From assembly GCA_973895155.1 (NCBI GenBank), contig OZ316898.1, positions 14,104,330 through 14,168,329 of the forward strand: DNA of 64,000 nucleotides. The letters are read 5' to 3'. The DNA comes from Marsupella aquatica. Taxonomy: Eukaryota; Plantae; Marchantiophyta. Positions 60,138-64,000 of this stretch are shown here, piece after piece (position 1 is the stretch's first letter; every line of letters begins with the position of its first letter). Made by a program: the position numbers and the translations under genes. The notes beneath the pieces are model-generated. The model searched no databases. It saw only the letters and a list, made by a program, of their open reading frames with translations, and was not told the DNA's origin.

Positions 60138-63100
60138 TGTGACGGGGTCCCCGTCACTCAAAATCACGAATAATGGTCGCGGAGTGTTGCGAGTGTAAAT
60201 AACCATTGTAAATAAGCCATTTTTTTGTTTTTTTGTTACGACCGTCATTATCGGTTGCTATGCGCCGGAGGTCTCTACATTCTTGGATATCCTAATAGTT
60301 TGGAGGCCTAAGGCTCCCCATCAAGCAGGATGTTGGGACCTTGACACTAGGGTCGGTCTAAGTGGACACCCTGTTTCCCTTAGGTCCTGATTCCCTCTTT
60401 CTTTTGTCGAGACCCCAATAAGGTTTAGGAGGAGTGCTAACCTTTACTGAATATGGGAAAAGCGAGGCGCCACCGGAGGAGCGTTAAGGTAAGGCTGAAG
60501 GGGGGGATTAAAATTCCCCATTAAGGAGCCCTCGCGAGATGAAGGAAGTGAGGCGCGGCAGCAGCCGCGAGGCGCCGAGGTGTCGGGGGGGAAAATTAAA
60601 ATTTCCCCTTAAGGGGCACCGCGAGTACTAAGTAAGGAGGCCGGGGTAGCGGGAGGCCGGTGATCAGGAGGTCGCGGAGGGGGGTTAAATGCCCTTGAAG
60701 TGGCCTGGCAAAGGGCGAGCACTTGGGGGCCCATAAGGGGCAGCCCTAGAGCTGCCACGTGGAATCCCCAGGCTGAGTTGGGCAGCAGCGGCGAGGGCAG
60801 CCGAGGAGTAAGAGGAGTGAAGGAGGGGGGCTATTAAACCCTCCCGTGAGCCCGCGAGCAGAGGTGGCCGCGAGCGGGAGAGGGCTGCCGGGGAAGGGGG
60901 GGAAATTAAATCCCCCAAAAAGGGGCGCAGCGGCGAAGGGGGTGAAAGCGCAGCGCAGCCGGGAGGTACCGGGCGGCTTGCCGGAGCCGAGGGGAGCCCG
61001 CGAGTACGAGCCCAGGCGAGCCTAGCGAGGCGAGAGGCGAGCCGGGTCGCAGCCGGCGCTGGGAGGAGAAGATCGCGGAGTGGGGGGGCAATTAAGCCCT
61101 CGTGGGAAGGCGCTCCCGCATGAGAGGCTATGAGTAGGGGGGTTTAAAACCCCATGGGAGGTGCAAGGCGCTCCCGCGAGATGGGAGGCGCGAGGCGCTC
61201 CCGCGAGTAGTGGGGAGAAAATTAAAGCCCCCATTTAAGTGCAGTCGGGACGCTTCGGAGGGCAGGTGAGAGGGGGGCAGGTACGCGAGCGTCAGAAGGG
61301 GGGAGAAAATACTCCCCGATACTCGGGTGAGTCAATACCCAAGAGAGGGCAGCGGACGGCACCTGGCGCTCAGGGGTATACTTAAGGGGGGCCTGCGCCC
61401 TTAGGAAAGCCACCACTTCTTGCTTTCCCCTTAATTTTTTTCTTGCTTCCCTTGAGATGCCGAAAGCTTCCCTCAAAACTGCTTCTTTGTAAATAGTACC
61501 CTGGTTCCTGGTTCTCCAATTCTTTTTCCCTTTCTCTCTAGCTCGGCATTGAATTGGGGGACTCACTATCTCCGAGCATTAACGGTGGCTACAATGAATT
61601 ATGTCTGGGAAATTGAGATTGGGTCATTGATTGATCAGGGTACGGGGGCCGTTTCGGGCCAGGGAATTGACATTGCTACGGGTAACGGGATTTGGTGATT
61701 GAGGATTGGATTTCTGGATGCATGGATGCTGGATCAACCAGAGTTTAGTGAGGCACGCATTCGGAGATACAAGGCTGCTTACCGTGACTACGTTGAGACA
61801 TTGATTGCAAGAGAGAGAGAAGAGAGGGACGCTACGATGAGTACTGGACCGGCAGCAAGTCCAGCACCGGTTTTGAGGAAGGTTTTTTGTTGAATTTATC
61901 CCAAAACCTCTACCAAGGTGATGGAGGATTGTAGGAATATTTTTCTGGCCACCGGGCTCACGGAGTTCATGAAGGTGGAGATTACAATCCCTTCGGGGAA
62001 GAGTTGGAACATTGGGGCCGGGATGGAGTTACGTACGGAAGGAATCTACTTTGAATGTCTCCAACGGGTAGTGCCCCATGTGGAGTTAGCTAAGCTTCTA
62101 TTTCTGGAGAACCAAAAATTCTCATTCACACCTCGGAACATAAGGGGAGAGCTCACATTGACAATGGTGGCCGGTTGGGTGATTAATCCCACCTCCACTA
62201 CTTCCATTCCTCTTTCCGCCGTCAAGGATGCTGAGCACAAGGGATTTCTGGCCAAGGTTCATCAACGGGTCCTTGGTAACGTGCAATCAAGGGTGGTGAA
62301 TGGAGAGCACTTCGTGGTAGCTATGGACATCAAGAACTATCCAGCCCATGTGTACGGATGGTGGTACTACGGGTTGAAGAAGCTACTGGACGCCGATCCC
62401 GGGAGTGTGAAACCAGGTGGGGCTGTACATTTGATGGGGTCATTTTTGCTAGCCAGAGCAGAAGGGTGGATTGTTTCCCCGGGACAGGAAGACACTGGAT
62501 CATCCCTTACCACGGAAATCAGGAGTATTGCCACTACCATCTTGGGAAAACTAACGGAGGGATCATCCTCGGCGGTTGGAGATGATAATAGAGAGGAAGA
62601 AAACCAGGATGAGGACTCCACATTGGAGTGGCTTGAATCACTTGTGGGAAATCTGGAGGAGCCCCTAGTCTATGACATTCCTGATGTCTACCTGGCGGAG
62701 TTACGGGAATTCCGGGAGGGGGTCCATGAGGGACTCAAGCTAGTCCACGCATTGAGAGATTCTCTCAAGCAGGCCACCGCCAGAGTAGAGACTTTGGGGC
62801 AGGGTGCCTTGTCTATGAAGGAGGTGATCAAGGCCAAGGAGGAGGCCATTCATGAGAAGGTTAAACTTCTCCAAGCAGCTCACGTAGAGATTTCCAACTT
62901 GAAGGGAGCCTTGTCCACCAAGGCCAAGGAAGCGGAAGAGGTTGGAGTATTGAAATAAGCATTGGCCAAAGAGAAGCAGAATTCTAGAGAAATGGTGGAG
63001 TTAAGAGCCCAGGTGGGAGCACTACGGAGTCAGTTGGTGATCTTTGAGACAAGGGCTAAGAGGAGTGAAGCCTTGAGTCTGGGGAAACGGAAGAACCCCT

Positions 63101-63267
63101 GCACACCTAGCTCCACACTTTCCCCGGATTTGATCTCCAGGGCCATTGAGATGGTGGTGAAGGAAGTCAGTGGGAAGTATGGGCCCCTGTTGGATGCAGC
63201 CAAGAAGAGTCAAGAGAAAAGCAAGAGCTTAGAGAAGAAGCTCAGGGAGGTACGTAAATCGTTATGA
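60138..63267. mobile_element. Probable LTR-retrotransposon segment inserted into a family B MITE
   Basis: MITE-B homology (60084-60137) stops abruptly at TGTGACGG (60138); a GC-rich repeat tract and a disrupted accessory-type ORF follow; other end not in the window. Confidence 0.45.
61594..63267 (+). pseudogene. Disrupted ~557-codon ORF with a C-terminal coiled coil (TE accessory-ORF-like)
   Basis: ATG 61594 and ORFs 61699, 61918 and 62962 share one frame, separated by single stops at 61696, 61891 and 62956; heptad-rich E/K/A/L C-terminus; ends at the CACTA boundary. Confidence 0.6.
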
Positions 63268-64000
63268 CACTAGTACATATTAAGCTGATTTCCGATGCTC
63301 AATTTTTGCGAACAATCGGCGTCCGATTCTTTTAGCATCGGAAATTCCGATTATCAAAAAATGGCAATATGCCATACTCTCGGCTTCGGATATCTTCATT
63401 TCCGATATAATTGACAACGGAACCTTTCCGATGCGTTAAAAAACGGATCATATCCGTTAGAAAGCACATCGGATCCCTCAACAGAAACTTTGATTGATAT
63501 GTCCGATGTTTTTTGTAACGAAAATGATGTGCGTTACAATATTGATCGGAAACTTTCCGTAGTTAATAATAACGGATATTATATCCGATTGTGCTAACAT
63601 GGCAAAGTCCGATGTTGGAAGAATGGGAAAGTCCGATGCTGGGAGTATGGGAAAGTCCGATGCTAGAAGAATGGGAAAGTCCGATGCTGGAAGAATGGGA
63701 GAGTCCGATGTGGGGAGTATGGGAAAGTCCGATGCTAGAAGAATGGGAAAGTCCGATGCTGGGAGTATGGGAAAGTCTGGTTATGACAAAAAGAAAATTT
63801 TTGATTGTGTTAGAATGAAAAGTTTTGATGTGTTAGATGGGGTATGTGGTTGCACCGACATACTCTTCCCAAAAGATGCAATCATTCTTGCATGCATGAA
63901 TAACTTCATACTTGAGGCAAATGGACTTGAGTGTTGTTTTTGCCTCATTCCAAGACCCAACATATTGTTCCCTTACGGAAATATGTGCTCAACATGCTAA
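63268..64000. mobile_element. Left end of a CACTA (En/Spm) element
   Basis: CACTAG at 63268, followed by many TCCGAT/ATCGGA subterminal repeats in both orientations; other end lies beyond the window. Confidence 0.7.
63599..63782 (+). repeat. 24-bp tandem repeat, ~7.5 units
   Basis: ATGGGAAAGTCCGATGCTGG(A/G)AG(A/T) units containing the TCCGAT subterminal motif. Confidence 0.93.

Noticed and set aside
63591-64000. MGKSDA / WESPML repeat ORFs
   Set aside because: Translations of a 24-bp tandem repeat in CACTA subterminal DNA.

Overview
Eukaryotic, repeat-rich plant DNA; spliced genes, Ty1/copia elements and an AP2 gene suggest a land plant, probably a non-seed plant (inference). Host-like genes: (i) a 6-exon AP2-subfamily transcription factor gene (8817-12043, +), invisible in the ORF track because its AP2 domain is split over small exons; (ii) a 1520-aa orphan repeat protein (36521-41083, -), with a decayed paralog near 13.4-13.9 kb. 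Mobile DNA: two copia LTR elements, a solo LTR, two MITE families with 8-bp TSDs, a probable LINE relic, and the left end of a CACTA element nested in a probable retroelement. The standout is an 11.6-kb Mutator-like DNA transposon (21442-33056, TSD CATAATTT, GGGGTAT...ATACCCC ends). It carries a disrupted GCM-zinc-finger/MULE-DDE/SWIM transposase and a divergently oriented, intact 4-exon 1113-aa passenger gene. That gene has an N-terminal ParB/Srx-like domain and a C-terminal degenerate beta-class N4-C/N6-A DNA-methyltransferase-like domain. About 21 copies of a 15-bp palindrome (YAGCGCCNGGCGCTR) sit only in the element's non-coding parts. This looks like a transposon-borne self-recognition/epigenetic module; its function is inferred, not shown. 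All domain calls are by eye; no searches were run.
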